Assembly (NCBI RefSeq): GCF_006345805.1
Contig: NC_042997.1
Coordinates: forward strand, 69,998,001-70,062,000
Direction of reading: 5' to 3'
Source of the DNA: Octopus sinensis
Lineage: Eukaryota
DNA: 64,000 bases
Part shown: in pieces, positions 17,176 to 31,702 of the stretch
Position numbering within the stretch: the stretch's first letter is position 1
Layout of the letters: each line of letters opens with the position of its first letter
Position numbers and translations under genes: made by a program
The notes under the pieces: model-generated
Told to the model about the DNA's origin: nothing
Seen by the model: the letters and a program-made list of their open reading frames with translations, nothing else
The model's database searches: none

Positions 17176-18040
17176 CGAGGGGGCACCCAAAAGTAACCGG
17201 AAACCTTCTCCGTGGAACAAACCCGTTGTTGTTCAGGATTCCGCCACTAGAAGCAACTTGATGCGATCCTCATGCATCAGCCTGCCGACTTTGGTTGTCG
17301 AGTTAAATCGTACTGCTATGTGGTGCGGCTTTGTTTTGCAGTGCCTCTCCTCTCTTCGTCTATTTTTGCGATGGCTGAAACGAAGGAACAGCGTGCTTCC
17401 GTGAATGTCTGTATTCTGCTGGGGAAAATGGCGGCCGAAGGAGTTGTTATGCTTCAAACAGCTTACAAGGACGCTGTCATAAGTAAAACACAAGTTTACG
17501 TCTGGTTTTCACGCTTTTGGAATAATCACTTGCCACTTGAAGACCAACTAGGACGACCGTCGAACTCCCGAACGAATGAAAATATCATGGAAATTCATGA
17601 ACTGATCTTGGCGAACCGTCACAGCAAATTGATGAAGTTGTTGATATGATTGCTGTGTCCTGAAGCTCCTGTCAACGAATTATGAGCGAGGAATTGCGAA
17701 TGAAAACAGCTGCAGCAAAATTTGTACCTTCTTTGCTCACGGAAGATCAAAAGTAGTCACGACTGAATGCGCATCGTGTACTGAAAGAACAGTTTTAAGT
17801 TGATCCTGACCTTTTTTCGAACGTCATCACTGGTAATGAAAGCTGGTGTTACGGAATTTGCAGATGTGGAAGAGGTGAATAAAAAAACGACAGAGGCTTT
17901 AAAAGGCGTCAATTCGCAAGAGTTCCAGCACTGCTTCGAACAGTGGAAAACGCGCTTGGACCGATACTTTGCTTCAAATGGAGAATTCTTTGATGCGATA
18001 AAAGTGTAAACATGTAAAACTAAGTGAATAAAGTAATACT
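17176..18040 (+). mobile_element. Mariner-type transposon relic, internally deleted
   Basis: Left TIR-like ACGAGGGGGCACCCAAAAGTAACCGGAA; HTH EQRASVNVCILLGK..MLQTAYKDAVISKTQVYVWFSRF; C-terminal FQHCFEQWKTRLDRYFASNGEFF; no right TIR seen. Confidence 0.85.
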
Positions 18041-18107
18041 GCAAAGTATATCTGCATATGTGTGTACTGTAAAGTGTATTAGTGTGCGATGACAGAAAAA
18101 ATGCACA

Positions 18108-18174
18108 GAGAGCTCAAATGTGCATTAAAGAGCTCAAATGTGCATTAAAGGGCTCAAATGTGCATTAAAGAGCT
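18108..18174. repeat. 20-bp tandem repeat x3 (AGAGCTCAAATGTGCATTAA)
   Basis: Direct. Confidence 0.9.
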
Positions 18175-20284
18175 TAATGGTGTAATTACATCCAATGTTG
18201 AAACTGTGTCGTAATGGAAGCGTGGCTAAACTAATGTACTGTTTAATACACACATATGTACACACGTGCACATACATTAGGGGAAAGTTTACTCTCTAAA
18301 ACTATTAAGCGTTTCACGGTAGTCACTACAGCGATGACTGCATAAAAAAAAATGTATTTTCAGTAAATCTCTCAAACATTTATCTGTATAATAATCTAAC
18401 ATTTCATTTCCGGTAGAGAACATTCTATTTCCATTTAAAAAAAAAATTATTTCGGGAAACTGAATATAATTTTTATTAGCTATTTATTTATTTTTCGTTT
18501 TGTGAATAGTATAGTTTTTCTGCGGTTTCTGCAACTCACTTATTTCAGTAGTTTATTTTCTATGAAAACAGCAGCGCAAACTAACGATTCTCTTCATAGT
18601 ACCATGTGGCTGCTCTCAGTGTGTGATGATATTATCAAAGAAATGAATAAGTAGCATAAACTCCATTCAACGTATTCGATGCTATCCACCGGTTACACTG
18701 CGCTTTCAGGCATAACCCAGACACGAACTTGATCTAACCAACAATTAGGATGAAAGAAAAAAATTGACAACACTTTCACATAAATACCCTTTTACAGTTA
18801 TAGCAGTAGCAACACCAGCATTAGCAACAATTAGTGGTTGTTATTTATCTCTAAATCATTGATCAAGCTGAAGTATGATCAAATCAAAAGACATTCCTGT
18901 TATGACCATCTCTTTTCTTCAAACATTGTATCTAAGAAAACAGTATTACCTATTGTAACCAACATTTAAAAAATACTGTTGTAACTGATTTAAGGATAAT
19001 ATGGCTAATATAGTCGACGATAGTATTGAGATTCTCACGTTGGCTCGGGCTAAGGAAGGGGATCTTATGTAGTCGCTTTAACTGCTAGAAATAGCAATCA
19101 AATAATATTACTCAAAACTACGCTGTCTTAAATACTGATGAACAATTGAGCAATGTAACTATATACAAGCTGAGTGGTCACAGCTGGCACGCCGTTGGTT
19201 TATTGGAGCAGAGATAAGGTTTATTGGAACAGAGCTAAACGCAGGCTAAACAGTTACTGCAGCAACAATACATACTATATCGAGAACGTGTTCGTATCGA
19301 CTCATCTTGGATGAATTTTAGGATTCAATCTTGTGGCATCATTGCACTGTAATCTAGAGAACGTTTACGAATTGCCGATCCATAATAATTTAAATCATAA
19401 TTTACTTCAAATAAGCGTTTGCTTCCATCACAAGTCTGCCTGAATAATCACAATGTAACTAGTATCAGCTTGTTTGTAGAGTACATATTTGGAAAAATAG
19501 TTGTTTTGAACAACAACAAGCAGACCTCAATATGGCCTGCAACAAACTATGAATTAACTGTATATCTGCCATGAGCCATTGAAGATTGCGTATTTTTGTA
19601 TATGTTTCTGTGTGTATTTCGGGTTTTTAGCGCGTCGATTTGTATGTTTGTATTTGTGTATATATGCTAAGTATGTTTCCCATATTCTTACATGTGAAAA
19701 TTTATTTCTATTTTTATTTCTCTTCTTTTGCTTAAGGGGTCCTTACTATGGAAGAACCAACTCAGCAATTCTAGTTAAACTACCTCGATACATAGAGGGA
19801 ATAAAATATTCTTTCTCCCATCTTTCTCCTTGCCTTCTCCTCCATCATTATTTCCTTTTCACTTTCTTTTCTTTTCTTTATCCTCTTCCTTCCCTTTTTG
19901 TTGTTCTCGTTTACTGAAAATATTATTGAGAAGTAAAGAAAAGCACAAAAACAAAAGCAAAAACGAAAAAAAATTGAAAGGGCTGAATGGAATTATGGAC
20001 GCCTTTAACAGAATATAGTCTTGGTCGATATAGTAAATTTCACATTCCTTTTTCTTTCTCTAATTATTATAGGAAGCAACAACAATGAGTGACTCCGCAA
20101 TATGCCAGAAGCGTAAAGTGGCCTGGGGGCGATTGCAAAGAGAATAATTCACTATGAAAAACATGAGAAGGCTATAAGTAACAAAAGCAAAGGAGGTTCC
20201 ATTCAAATAAAGTAAACGAAAATGAGTGTTGAAGCTAGAAGCTGTTTAATTGAATGTACATTGTGTATGTGTTAGGAAACACAC

Positions 20285-21040
<756 letters not shown>

Positions 21041-21967
21041 TATCCTCATAAATGTACGTACGCGTGGGTAAATGTGTGTGTTTGTGTGTTTACGCTGTCT
21101 ATGATTATAAATATGCGTAACAAAACAAATTTCAACGCTTGTACATATCTGTATAACTTTGCGGACGCCCATGTGTATAAGTGTATATGTGTGTGTGCGT
21201 GTATTTATTATTGTACCACAATGATTTGCTTTAAGGCATGAGATGATGTCTCTTCGTTAAGGCAGTGTAAATTTCTTAAGTATTTACAATGGAATTGATA
21301 CATGAGATTCTATATTAGTCTCAAGTGCCGTTTCTGTCTGGTGGTTTCTTTAATTGCTATTTATATTAAACTACATGTATGCGGTCATAGCGCTCTTTTA
21401 TTTTTACTCCCTTCTTTTGTGGTGCAGTGTAAGTATGATTGCATTTGGACAGGGCGTTTTACTTGGAAACACTTTCTCGCTAATATGATTATCAACGAAC
21501 GTTTATCCGCTCAGGTAACGAATATCAGTAAATATATATATCAGCTGTTGTTGGTTAGCTCTAGCTCAAAATGGGGTTAAAAACACAACAGCTGACATTT
21601 GGCCGAATGAATTCTAGTTGTGATCATGCCGTCTTTATAGGCATAGTTAATTAAAATTATATTATTTGATATATCTTTCGGTCATAGAGAAAAACACGGC
21701 ATGGCGTAACATGAAAGAGATTTGGCTGCTGTTTCAAGCAAATTAAACAACACTGCTCGACCAATGTAAGTTAATGTTAGATGGAGATTGGAATTGTCCT
21801 TGTTGTTTCTGTCAAGTTTATTGGTTTTTAACCACTTATTTGTCTGATTGAGTGGGCCTATGACCAAACTCACCTTTGTCATGTCGGGGACTACGTTGTC
21901 CTTCAGAAATCTTATTTTGAGATATGTTTATTCTGCGTGAGATTTAACTAATATTTCTGGCAGGGTA

Positions 21968-22155
21968 AGGCGGCGAGTTGGTAGAATCGTTACTGCACCA
22001 GAAAACATGATTAGCGGCATTTTGTCAGTCTTTACGTTCTGAATTCCAATGCTCGACTTCGAGTTTCCTTCCCTCGGGGTTGAGCAATGGCATCGATCTA
22101 ATCGACTATCCCCCTCCCTGAACTTGATGCCGTGTGCCCAAATTCGAAATTAATA
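21968..22155 (+). mobile_element. SINE family B, diverged
   Basis: AAGGCGGCGAGTTGGTAGAATCGTT head and recognisable body. Confidence 0.7.
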
Positions 22156-22463
22156 TTTCTTGCAAGTCAAGCGGTAGCGTTCACCTTGTCAGATCGTCCA
22201 TTATAACGGTTGGCTGAGATACTTGACACTAATAACTTGCTGTGTCTTCCTCATATTCTGATATTAAATGATATTACTTCACCGTACTAGAGAGTATATC
22301 GACTTTAACCAGCTTTGTATAGTGTAAAGACCTCTGATTATAATATGTTAATAAAAATATGAAAGTAGTCCAGTAGATCTCTTCATTTTTCTGACATATA
22401 AAATGTGTTCTGTAATACAAATAATGCTGATATAAATATTTTAACTCACTATTATGCATTATA

Positions 22464-23130
22464 CAGGGTATTCGGGCTAAACTTGAGGATTATTTTATGT
22501 CTCATTTTCCCAGGAAAAGCCTGATTCATTGGTGAACAGAGATTAAAGATGTGTTTGAGAAAACGTTAGTTGACATAGACGAATGGAAGCCGTCTGAATA
22601 TTAGAAAAGAGTGACCTGTATCGTAATGATTCGGATCAGACAGCGGCAGCAGAGACTACGAAGGCGTGGGGAGTAGGAAGGGACACAGCAGGCACTCTGA
22701 CAGCGTCCTTATACCAGAATTCATTTTCACATCCTTGAACAGGGCTTTAGGCTAAATTCAGTGGGCTATGTCAAACTACTGGAGACTTTGGTCAGTCCCT
22801 GACATGAGGAGGTTGCTGTTGGAAGGTCATAAGTATGACAGCAAGATTTGGGTCCTTGTCATACCTTCATAAATAGTCAGAAATATTTGTCGGGTTATTT
22901 CTACGACTTTACCAGCCCCAATTTCTGGCCTTCTAATTCACCCAATTGTAACCCTATGGATTACAATCTGTGGGGGAAATGTCGGTTGAAAAAGACACCA
23001 ACCGAGCTGGCGGCCAAGATGAATTCTTCTCACAGACACAGTGAGGAAACCATGCTCCAGTCTCCAGAGCCGTCTAGAAGCAATAGTGGAAATTGGGGGA
23101 AACTACTTTAATTAAACTGTTATCTCCCAG
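22464..23130 (+). mobile_element. Tc1/mariner (maT/DD37D-like) relic
   Basis: TA-CAGGGT terminus at 22462; ORF piece FWPSNSPNCNPMDYNLW equals the transposase motif WPPNSPDLNPLDY.VW. Confidence 0.7.
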
Positions 23131-24040
23131 CCATAATCTAGTCGATATGTTTTGGAACATTCGTATATGCAAACCAATCTACTAGATTTACTTTTGTTAT
23201 AGCGCCGTTATAATATTTATTTCTGTGGACAGCTAAGGTGACTACTTTTTCTTCCACAAATTACATATAAATACAAAGTGTTTACAGGGATATTTTTATG
23301 GCTATCTAGCCTTGAAACGAAACACTTTTAACATATTGATTGATCCAGTTTTTGAAGTGGCAGTGTTCATATTCATCATAATTATCAGACACTCCAGTTT
23401 AATCGAAAGCTAATCCAAGGAACGACACACAGACTTTGGTAAATCCTAGTGGTGACAGGTGTGTTCACTGCCTAATGTTCTAGGGATAGCTTTCTCTTAT
23501 CTCCATTCTAGATACTGAAAGTAACCCTCGTGTAACCTTCTATCAGTAGCTATGTATTTGGATTAGTCTCTTCCTTCCATTTAAGTCCAAAAAATGTTAA
23601 TTGACCTTCGGAACAGCGTCAAGCATTGCTTAGGATGGAATCCCTCCTTCAGTTCCACGTTGCAAGCCTAAACACGTGTCTTCGTTTATATATGTTGTTG
23701 TTAACATCTCGTATTTTTTCAATATGATGCTGAGTACTTCGGTATTCAAGATGTTCGCTATCTTGACAATGCTGTCGTGTGCATATGGGACGTAGCCGTA
23801 CATATATCCGTAGCTTAAGATCGAGAACGTTTGTGATAAATGAGATGGAACTAGCTATCAAGGAATGAGTGTGCCATGCGAAATGGCTCTAATAGCAATA
23901 CTGTTGTATATGGAAGAAATCCAGCCTATAAAAATGTCAACTTCTTTGATACACATTATCGCTATATTCAGTGGCCCATTAAAAATTAATGAAAATGCTT
24001 TGACTATAGTACAGCAGAACTCAACACACTCGCGCGCTCG

Positions 24041-24143
<103 letters not shown>

Positions 24144-25488
24144 ACACACACACACACATACACACACACACACACACGCACACACACATAGTATTTATTG
24201 ATATCTTATAAATAATACACTCAGTTCGAATTGAGTAGAATTTAATATCTATTTGCTATGTGTTTATCAGTGTGCAAGTTTAACGTAAGTGTATTCTTGA
24301 ATCCTGCTTTATCGAACTGGAATTTTAGTTTACATATCAGGTGATGTGCAGAGTCGATTAAAATTCCAATCGAACGAAACAATATCTCGGAAATTTAATC
24401 TTGCTTATCTTATGCTCATACACACATGCATATATATTCTATTTACACTCTTTATGTATGTGTGTGTAAATGTGGAAATTTTCCCTCGAGTATGTATATC
24501 TTTCAGGTGTTCTTTTAAAACTTATTAGGAAGATGGAGTCATTTGTTTCCTCGGTCCCGTTGATGCAGATATATTCACCATTAGCACTTGCATATTGACG
24601 TCTTCATCTAAAATGTTGACAAAAATGAGTCTGCCACCTTTATAGCTCTGTTCTATCCCATGCTTTCTAGTTATATGTTTATTAAGGCGTGATAATGTCT
24701 TAATAAACAAGACTTTATCACTTTTATAAGTATTTGCATTTATAAGACATTTTATCGATGTAATATTTTAAGCAATACTTCCTTAAATCGCTAATGGTTA
24801 AATTTTGAAAACAAATCGATACTATTTATTCAGACTACGAACAATTGCATGATAAAGTGAATGAAAGAAGTGAAATGATAAAAAAAGAAAAAAAAACACG
24901 AGAAAAAAAGGATTAAAAAGAAACGATGACTAAACGAAAAATAAAGAAAAATAAAACGACAACCTGTAACTTGCTTTGAATATAGAGTTTAAATAGTAGA
25001 AACAAGACTTTAGACGATCATGCTTGCTAAGTAGAGACACTCCGAATTAGAATAAGCTTCACATAAAACAACTTCATTGATCTACGTGCGTGTGCACGTA
25101 CCGCTGGAGTCGTGAAAATGTATTGTTATAAATTCTGGTTTGGTTTTTCGTTCTATAATGCTTCACAAATATCACCAGCATGCTGTTCCGTTTTGTTTGT
25201 CTTTGATTTGATTTAACAGTTATCAATTCATTACTGACTATTTATATGTGTAATTTATGGGCATACACACAATACATAAATACGTGCACTCATGCATTCA
25301 TACACATACATACTTATATTTGTACAAGTACACAGGCAAACATATGTACACGTATATTCATATATACATACATGCATAGGTACATATATATATATGTAGA
25401 TATATATGTACATATATGTATGTATGTATGTGTATGTATGTATATATATATATATATATGTAGATATATATGTACGTATATGTATGTG

Positions 25489-25551
<63 letters not shown>

Positions 25552-25555
<4 letters not shown>

Positions 25556-25924
25556 CACTCCATCGGTTACGACGACGAGGGTTCCAGGTAATCTGATCAT
25601 TGGAATAGCCTGCTCTTGAAATTAACGTGCAAGTGGCTGAGCACTCCACAGACACGTGTACCCTTAACGTAGTTCTCGCGGAGATTTAGCGTGACACAGT
25701 GTGATAAGGCTGGCCCTTTGAAATACAGGTGCAACAGAAATAGGAAGAAAGAGTGAGAGAAAGTTGTGGTGAAAAAATAGAGCAGGGTTCGCCACCATAC
25801 TTTGAGACTCGTGGAACTTTGTGTTTTCGTTCAATAAACACACACAACACCCGGTCTGGGAATCGAAACCGCGATCCAATGACCGCGAGTTCGCTGCCCT
25901 AACCACTGGGCCGTTGCGCCTCCA
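25552..25924 (-). mobile_element. tRNA-SINE family C
   Basis: Minus-strand head GGAGGCGCAACGGCCCAGTGGTTAGGG...GGTTTCGATTCCC; body shared with 33905-34160. Confidence 0.8.
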
Positions 25925-26109
25925 CTATATTTATAATACTCACACAGACACACAAGAAACATAAAGCATACATGCACACAGGCACGCACATACCTGTATG
26001 TATACGTTTATGACAGCCAACAATAAATCCTCTTAAATGGTAACTAGACTTGATAAAAATAGTACTGAATCTCCCTCAAACCGAACCAGCTTACATACAC
26101 TGAACAACC

Positions 26110-26490
26110 TAGTCCATAACATTCAAACAAGATATGATAGCACGTCTACCAAAGATGATCTTCTCTGAGCTGGCTTCTGGAGCAAGAAACTCTGGAAGGC
26201 CACTGAGGCGATGCAAGGCCAGCCTGAAAACTTCCCTTGAGGCCTGCGGCATTTCACCTCGTGGATGGGAATCGCTTGCCTCTGACCGCGGCGCCTGGCG
26301 TCCAGCTGTCCAAAAAGGTTCGAGGAAAAGCGCCTCAAGAGAATGGACCAGAAGCGACAAGCCTGAAAAGAGAAGATCCCCAACCCTACTTCTGGTGTTA
26401 CGTGCCCAACATATGGCTGCATCTGTGTGTCCGACTTTGGGCTCCACTCCCACCCCCGGCGCCACTGACGTCATTGTCGAACACCAACAT
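26110..26490 (+). mobile_element. RTE-clade LINE 3' fragment
   Basis: RLPKMIFSELASGARNSGRPLRRCKASLKTSLEACGI...WESLASDRGAWR is the typical RTE C-terminal block. Confidence 0.85.
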
Positions 26491-27456
26491 GAAATATATA
26501 CGAATGTAAAAATTCTTTTGTTGATGAATAGCGTAGACTATAGTCAGGACTTCGTATTTGAAATTGCCAGTAGTTTCTTTTCTTCTACATCACTAGATTT
26601 TACGTAAGTTACGCAAGATGTGACATCAGTGTATATGAAAATATAACTTTCTGACAAAAAAAAATACTGAATGATGTGATTTCACAGTGAGTATGTGATG
26701 CAAGTAATTATCCTTAATGCAGTACACGCTTTTTCCACTTCCAGGTATACACATATTCTTTTGGATGGCAAATACCATTTATGAGTTGGAAACCCAAAAT
26801 GCGCCGAGAGGACTGGATCGCATCAATCTTACTTTTTTTTTTTTGAAGATCACAAACAGTAGCATCAAATACAATGCTGATATATTTGAGTACATATTTC
26901 ATCGATTTGATTCATATTTTGGCATTGACAAGTGCATGAAAAGTGTTTCTTAAAAGTGGGCAGCTAGGCATGGCCCACCTGATGTCCATCTTAACAACTT
27001 ATTGTATTCATATAGCATACACAGAATGGCTGAATTATTAAAATGCTAGCCTGGTAACTACACGGTGGTGGGTTCGATTTCTACGGTCGATCCATGACAG
27101 AAAATGTATATAAGACAGGTGAGTGGATTATGACAGTAATTATGGTATAGCTTTGTCATACAACATTGATTCTGCTTGAGAATTGCTTTAAAAGTACTTG
27201 TACCTATTGAATGCCCAGTCACTTTCTATTGGGGAGCAGGTAATTCATTTTATCAAACAACTACGTCCTGGTGTGTGTGTGTGTGTGTGAGAGAGAGAGC
27301 GTACTCGCTTTCGTGAATGGAGAAATAAAAGGAGTAAAATACAATTAGTAACTGACAAATATACACACAAGAACAAACAGTAGACACACATACACTCACG
27401 CACGCAAACACACACACATATGTTAACACACATACATGTGCATATACATACATACA

Positions 27457-27537
<81 letters not shown>

Positions 27538-27549
27538 CATGTATGATGC

Positions 27550-27820
27550 AAGAATAGTTGTGTGGCAAGAAGCTTGCTTCCAACCCCATGCTTTCGGGTT
27601 CAGACCCACTGCATGGCACCTTGGGCAAGTGTATTCTACTATAGCCTCTAACCGACCAAAGCCTTGTGAGTGGATTTCGTAGACGGAAACTGAAAGAAGC
27701 GGTTCGGCAAAACAGACCGTAGAATAAGTATTAGGCTTACAAAGAATAAGTACTAGTGTGGATTTGTTCGACTAAACGTTGGGCTCCAGCATGGCCGCAG
27801 TCAAATGATTAAAGCAAGTA
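27550..27820 (+). mobile_element. tRNA-SINE family A, internally deleted
   Basis: GGGTTCAGACCCACTGC..GGCACCTTGGGCAAGTGT..CTACTATAGCC..GACGGAAACTGAAAGAAGC shared with copies at 47163 and 58418. Confidence 0.85.
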
Positions 27821-28704
27821 TACACACACACACACACACATACACACATACAAATATATATTTATACGTAGATGCATGCAACCAGTCACGTGCATATAAC
27901 TATCTCTTTCTCTCTCTCTCTCCCCCCTCTCTCTCTAGCTATCTTTCTCTATATATATATATATGATAAATTGTATCTTTAATAAAATATAATAAAAACG
28001 TATGTACTGTGGTCATAATAAAATGAATAAGAACGAGCAAGTCGCCTTTGCTCGAACTCTCCAACATGTATCATTTGGCGTGTGCATGCGTCGTCCTTCT
28101 GTTTGGCAGCCCGTGTATTTGCACTTGTATATGACTGAGTGTGACTCTTACTTCTACCTATTGTTCTACCTTTTGCAAATATCGTTCAATTTCTAAAATA
28201 TATATTTACTTTCTTCTCTTTTGTGGTTAGCAACTGGACTAAATTTGTTTCTGTTTTGTTTCTGTTTTGTTTTATTTTCGGTTTTCTTTTGAGGAGGTAG
28301 TTCAAAGGGTTATTTGATTTCATTTGACTACATTTGATTTATTTATGTATGTATTTATCAGCACCATCAACATCACGACTACAATCACCACTGTTGACAA
28401 CTACAGCGCAATCACCACCACTGCCACCGCCGCTGCTGCTGCCGCCACCGCCGCCGTGCACAATAACCACCACCAACAACAACAACGCCACCACCACCAC
28501 AACCGCCACCTCTGCCACCGCCGTCGCCGTCATAAACACTGCTAGTCATTATTTCTGTATTCTTTTATTCCGTGATATCTCCTTTCATTTTATTGTTTGT
28601 TTGAATATATGATAGTGTTCATAAGTAACAATATGGCCGCTTATAAATAAACGCACACACACACGCACGCACACACGCACACACACACGCACGCACACAC
28701 ACAC

Positions 28705-28747
<43 letters not shown>

Positions 28748-28785
28748 CGTGCGCGCGCACTCACGTGCGCGCATATATATACGTA

Positions 28786-30033
28786 GAGGGGTTGAACAAA
28801 ATAATGGAAACACCTTAAAATTTCAAACAAATTTATTTTGATATGGGGTAGGACCGCCTTTCGCAGTAATTACAGCTTGAATTCTACGAGGTATGGACTC
28901 GTATAAAGTTTGAATTTTTTCTAAAGGAATTTTTGTCCATTCTTCAGCTAAAACAGTCTCCAGCTCTTGTAGTTATGATGGTGGAGGATATCGACTGTTT
29001 ACTTATTTTTCTAAAATGCACGATAAACATTCAATGATATTGAGATCTTGGGACTGTGGTGGCCAGATAAGATGTTCAACTTCCTTGTGCCATTCAGTAA
29101 CAACTTTAGCTGTGTAAATTGGTGCATTATCATCCTGACAGATTGCGTTTCCTTCCGGAAATAGTTCTGCAACCATAGGATGAATTTGATCAGATAAAAT
29201 GCTTGAATAATCTATTAATTCTGCCATGAAGGGAAAACCATTGGGCCAACGGATTTCCACGATATAGTACCCCCAGATCATCACAGATCCACCTCTATTT
29301 TTAACAGTTGGAAGAAGGCAGTCTGGTTCAAATACTTCTTTTGGCTGTCTTCACACGTATACTCAACCGGTGGTCGGAAATAAGGCAAATGATGACTCGT
29401 CCGAGAAAACAACATTCTTCCATTGCTCTAGGGACCAATTCTGTAGCTTTTTATTCAAATCTAAACGCTTTGCAACGTTTGCTTTTGAAAGTAGTGGTTT
29501 TCTGATTGCAGCCCTCCCGTGAAATCCGGCTTTGTGCAGCTCCCGGTGAATATTTTTTGTGGAAACTGGGTTCTCGGGGTGGTCATTAAGACCTGTAGTA
29601 ATTTGGGGAGTTGTACTTTTGTGATTCTTTCTAACAATTTGCGTAAGAGTCCGACGGCCCGTATTTGAAATGTTGATTTCTTCCGGAATTTTGTCTCGAC
29701 AAGGAGGTTTTTCGCCCTTTCTCAAAGGTTTTCATTACTTTCGAGATACTTCTTGATACAACAAACATTTCGGCAGTTTTTGTTATGCTAGCGCCTGCCA
29801 TACGAGCACCAACAATTTGACTTCTTTCAATGTCCAGAGTTCTGTTATTTTAATGAATTTGAATTACCTTTTTCTGGTGATATCTGAAAAGAAACAGCAA
29901 TTTTAGTAAAACATATTAAGCAACACTAATATTAAATCAAAAAACAAAAAAAAATAAAGAAGCTTTCGACGGTTTTATAGATATTTCAAAATTATGATGT
30001 TATGCTGTGTTTCCATTACTTTTCCAATCCCTG
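28786..30033 (-). mobile_element. Full-length decayed Tc1-like transposon
   Basis: ~27-bp TIRs (C/G)AGGG.TTG.A.AA..TAATGGAAACAC at both ends with TA flanks; fragments RELHKAGFHGRAAIRKPLL, WKNVVFSDES, QDDNAP, WPPQSQDLNIIE (DDE); frameshifted. Confidence 0.92.
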
Positions 30034-30036
30034 TAG

Positions 30037-30111
<75 letters not shown>

Positions 30112-30223
30112 CGTGTGTGTGTGCGCGTGTGTGTGCATGTATATATATGTATATATATATGAATATATATGTATATATATGTATATATATATGTATATGT
30201 ATATATACATATATATATATATA

Positions 30224-30426
30224 AGTTAATCCAAACACGAAACACAAAGAGAAAACAACAACGCGAGGACGTGGAACAAATATAGTATTATTGGACGCTC
30301 AAGAAGGAAGGAAGGGAAGAAGGAAGGTTTAACGTTTCGAGCGGAGCTCTTCGTCAGAAACATAGGAAAAGGGAAAATCCAGAGAAGGGAAGACGGAGGA
30401 AAAAAATCGCCAACGGTACACACGCG
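30224..30426 (-). mobile_element. Short non-coding hammerhead element in (TA)n (PLE pLTR-like)
   Basis: ~200 bp bounded by TA runs; contains the motif at 30327-30361. Confidence 0.75.
30327..30361 (-). ncRNA. Minimal type I hammerhead ribozyme motif
   Basis: Minus strand GTTT-CTGACGA-A-GAGC(tcc)GCTC-GAAA-CG-TT-AAAC; palindrome AACGTT replaces stem III. Confidence 0.8.
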
Positions 30427-31333
30427 ATATATATATACAATATTCTATAATTAGATACACAATTATAATCAGGGGTCAGTTAAGTGCCTCGCCACCTACA
30501 TAAAAAAAGTGTTTATATATATATATACATATCGCTTTTTATTTTCTCGTGTCTCATTTTGTTCACGTTTTTTTGACGTCCCATACCCATATATGCATGT
30601 ATATATACATATATATGCAGGTATGTACGAATATGTATGTATGTATATTTATTTGTATATATGTGTGTAAATTTATGTATACGTTTGATTACGCGTGCAT
30701 GTGGTTTGCGTTTATATTGTTCATCTTCAGGTCAGCCCTAAGATTAAATACATTTGAAATCAGAGACAGTCCAGATGCGACCCTACCATCTATATATCTT
30801 ATATTTCTTTTATTCTCATCATACAGTATATATTGCAGCAAGTCATCAAAGTTGTCTTTTCTATACAGCAGGATGTGACCTGAGGAAGATTTTGCTAGTA
30901 TTTTTAGCAGCTTGGGGTAAAGTAAATAAGAGGGCTCACTCGTTAACTCATTTCTCTATCGAGCGTGAGATTAAACTACGGAAATAGTGGTTTTTCATCG
31001 GCACCAACACGCGTGCTCCCTGGCCGACAACGACACCTTTTGAGGGAGGCTGCGCGACCGGCGAAACACGCCTGCTACCGCCTACATTCTCTTTATGTAA
31101 TTATCCTTTGTGAGAGAACGGGGTTTTAATGTGCACGAGTGAGTAAAATGAATGTTAGGTAGCGTGTAAAAATACTGTAAGTTTGCTTTTACGACTTTTC
31201 TGTCTAGTACAGCTGGCAATCGATTATCGCTTACCTCCTCCATTTTCAACTTTCGGCCATTATTCGTCTACATTTGCACACGTCCCTATTTGCATGTATA
31301 TATATGTAAGTAAAGAAAGTCCGTACGTAATAC

Positions 31334-31397
<64 letters not shown>

Positions 31398-31398
<1 letters not shown>

Positions 31399-31656
31399 AT
31401 TGGTATTTTTATATAAGCTTCAAGCTTATGGCAATCTCTGTGCAATGTCTAAGGAAAATAGTCTAATAACGGAGCATATAAGCCCCCGACAGAAAAAAGA
31501 AGCCTGAAGGCTTATATGCTCCGCTATTAGACTATTTTCCTTAGACATTGCACGGTGATCGCCATAAGTTTTAAGCTTATATTAAAAATACCATTACTAT
31601 TATTTACAAGATTGTAAAATTCGGCACGGTATAACAAAACCATTCGCACCGAAAGG

Positions 31657-31657
<1 letters not shown>
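31398..31657. mobile_element. Fold-back hairpin element with one-sided tail in (TA)n
   Basis: Inverted arms ~31401-31484 / 31509-31593 (several mismatches), ~60-bp unpaired extension on the right, TA runs either side. Confidence 0.8.

Positions 31658-31702
<45 letters not shown>

Noticed and set aside
18108-18174. 20-bp repeats as a possible CRISPR-like array
   Set aside because: Head-to-tail with no spacers; eukaryotic minisatellite.
23649-23861. ORF ending RLATWN, like the start of a LINE AP endonuclease
   Set aside because: Six-residue match followed by a stop; no further motifs.
28324-28612. Ala/His/Gln- or Pro/Thr-rich ORFs resembling a transcription-factor low-complexity exon
   Set aside because: Compound trinucleotide repeat open in several frames; no domain or supported partner exon.
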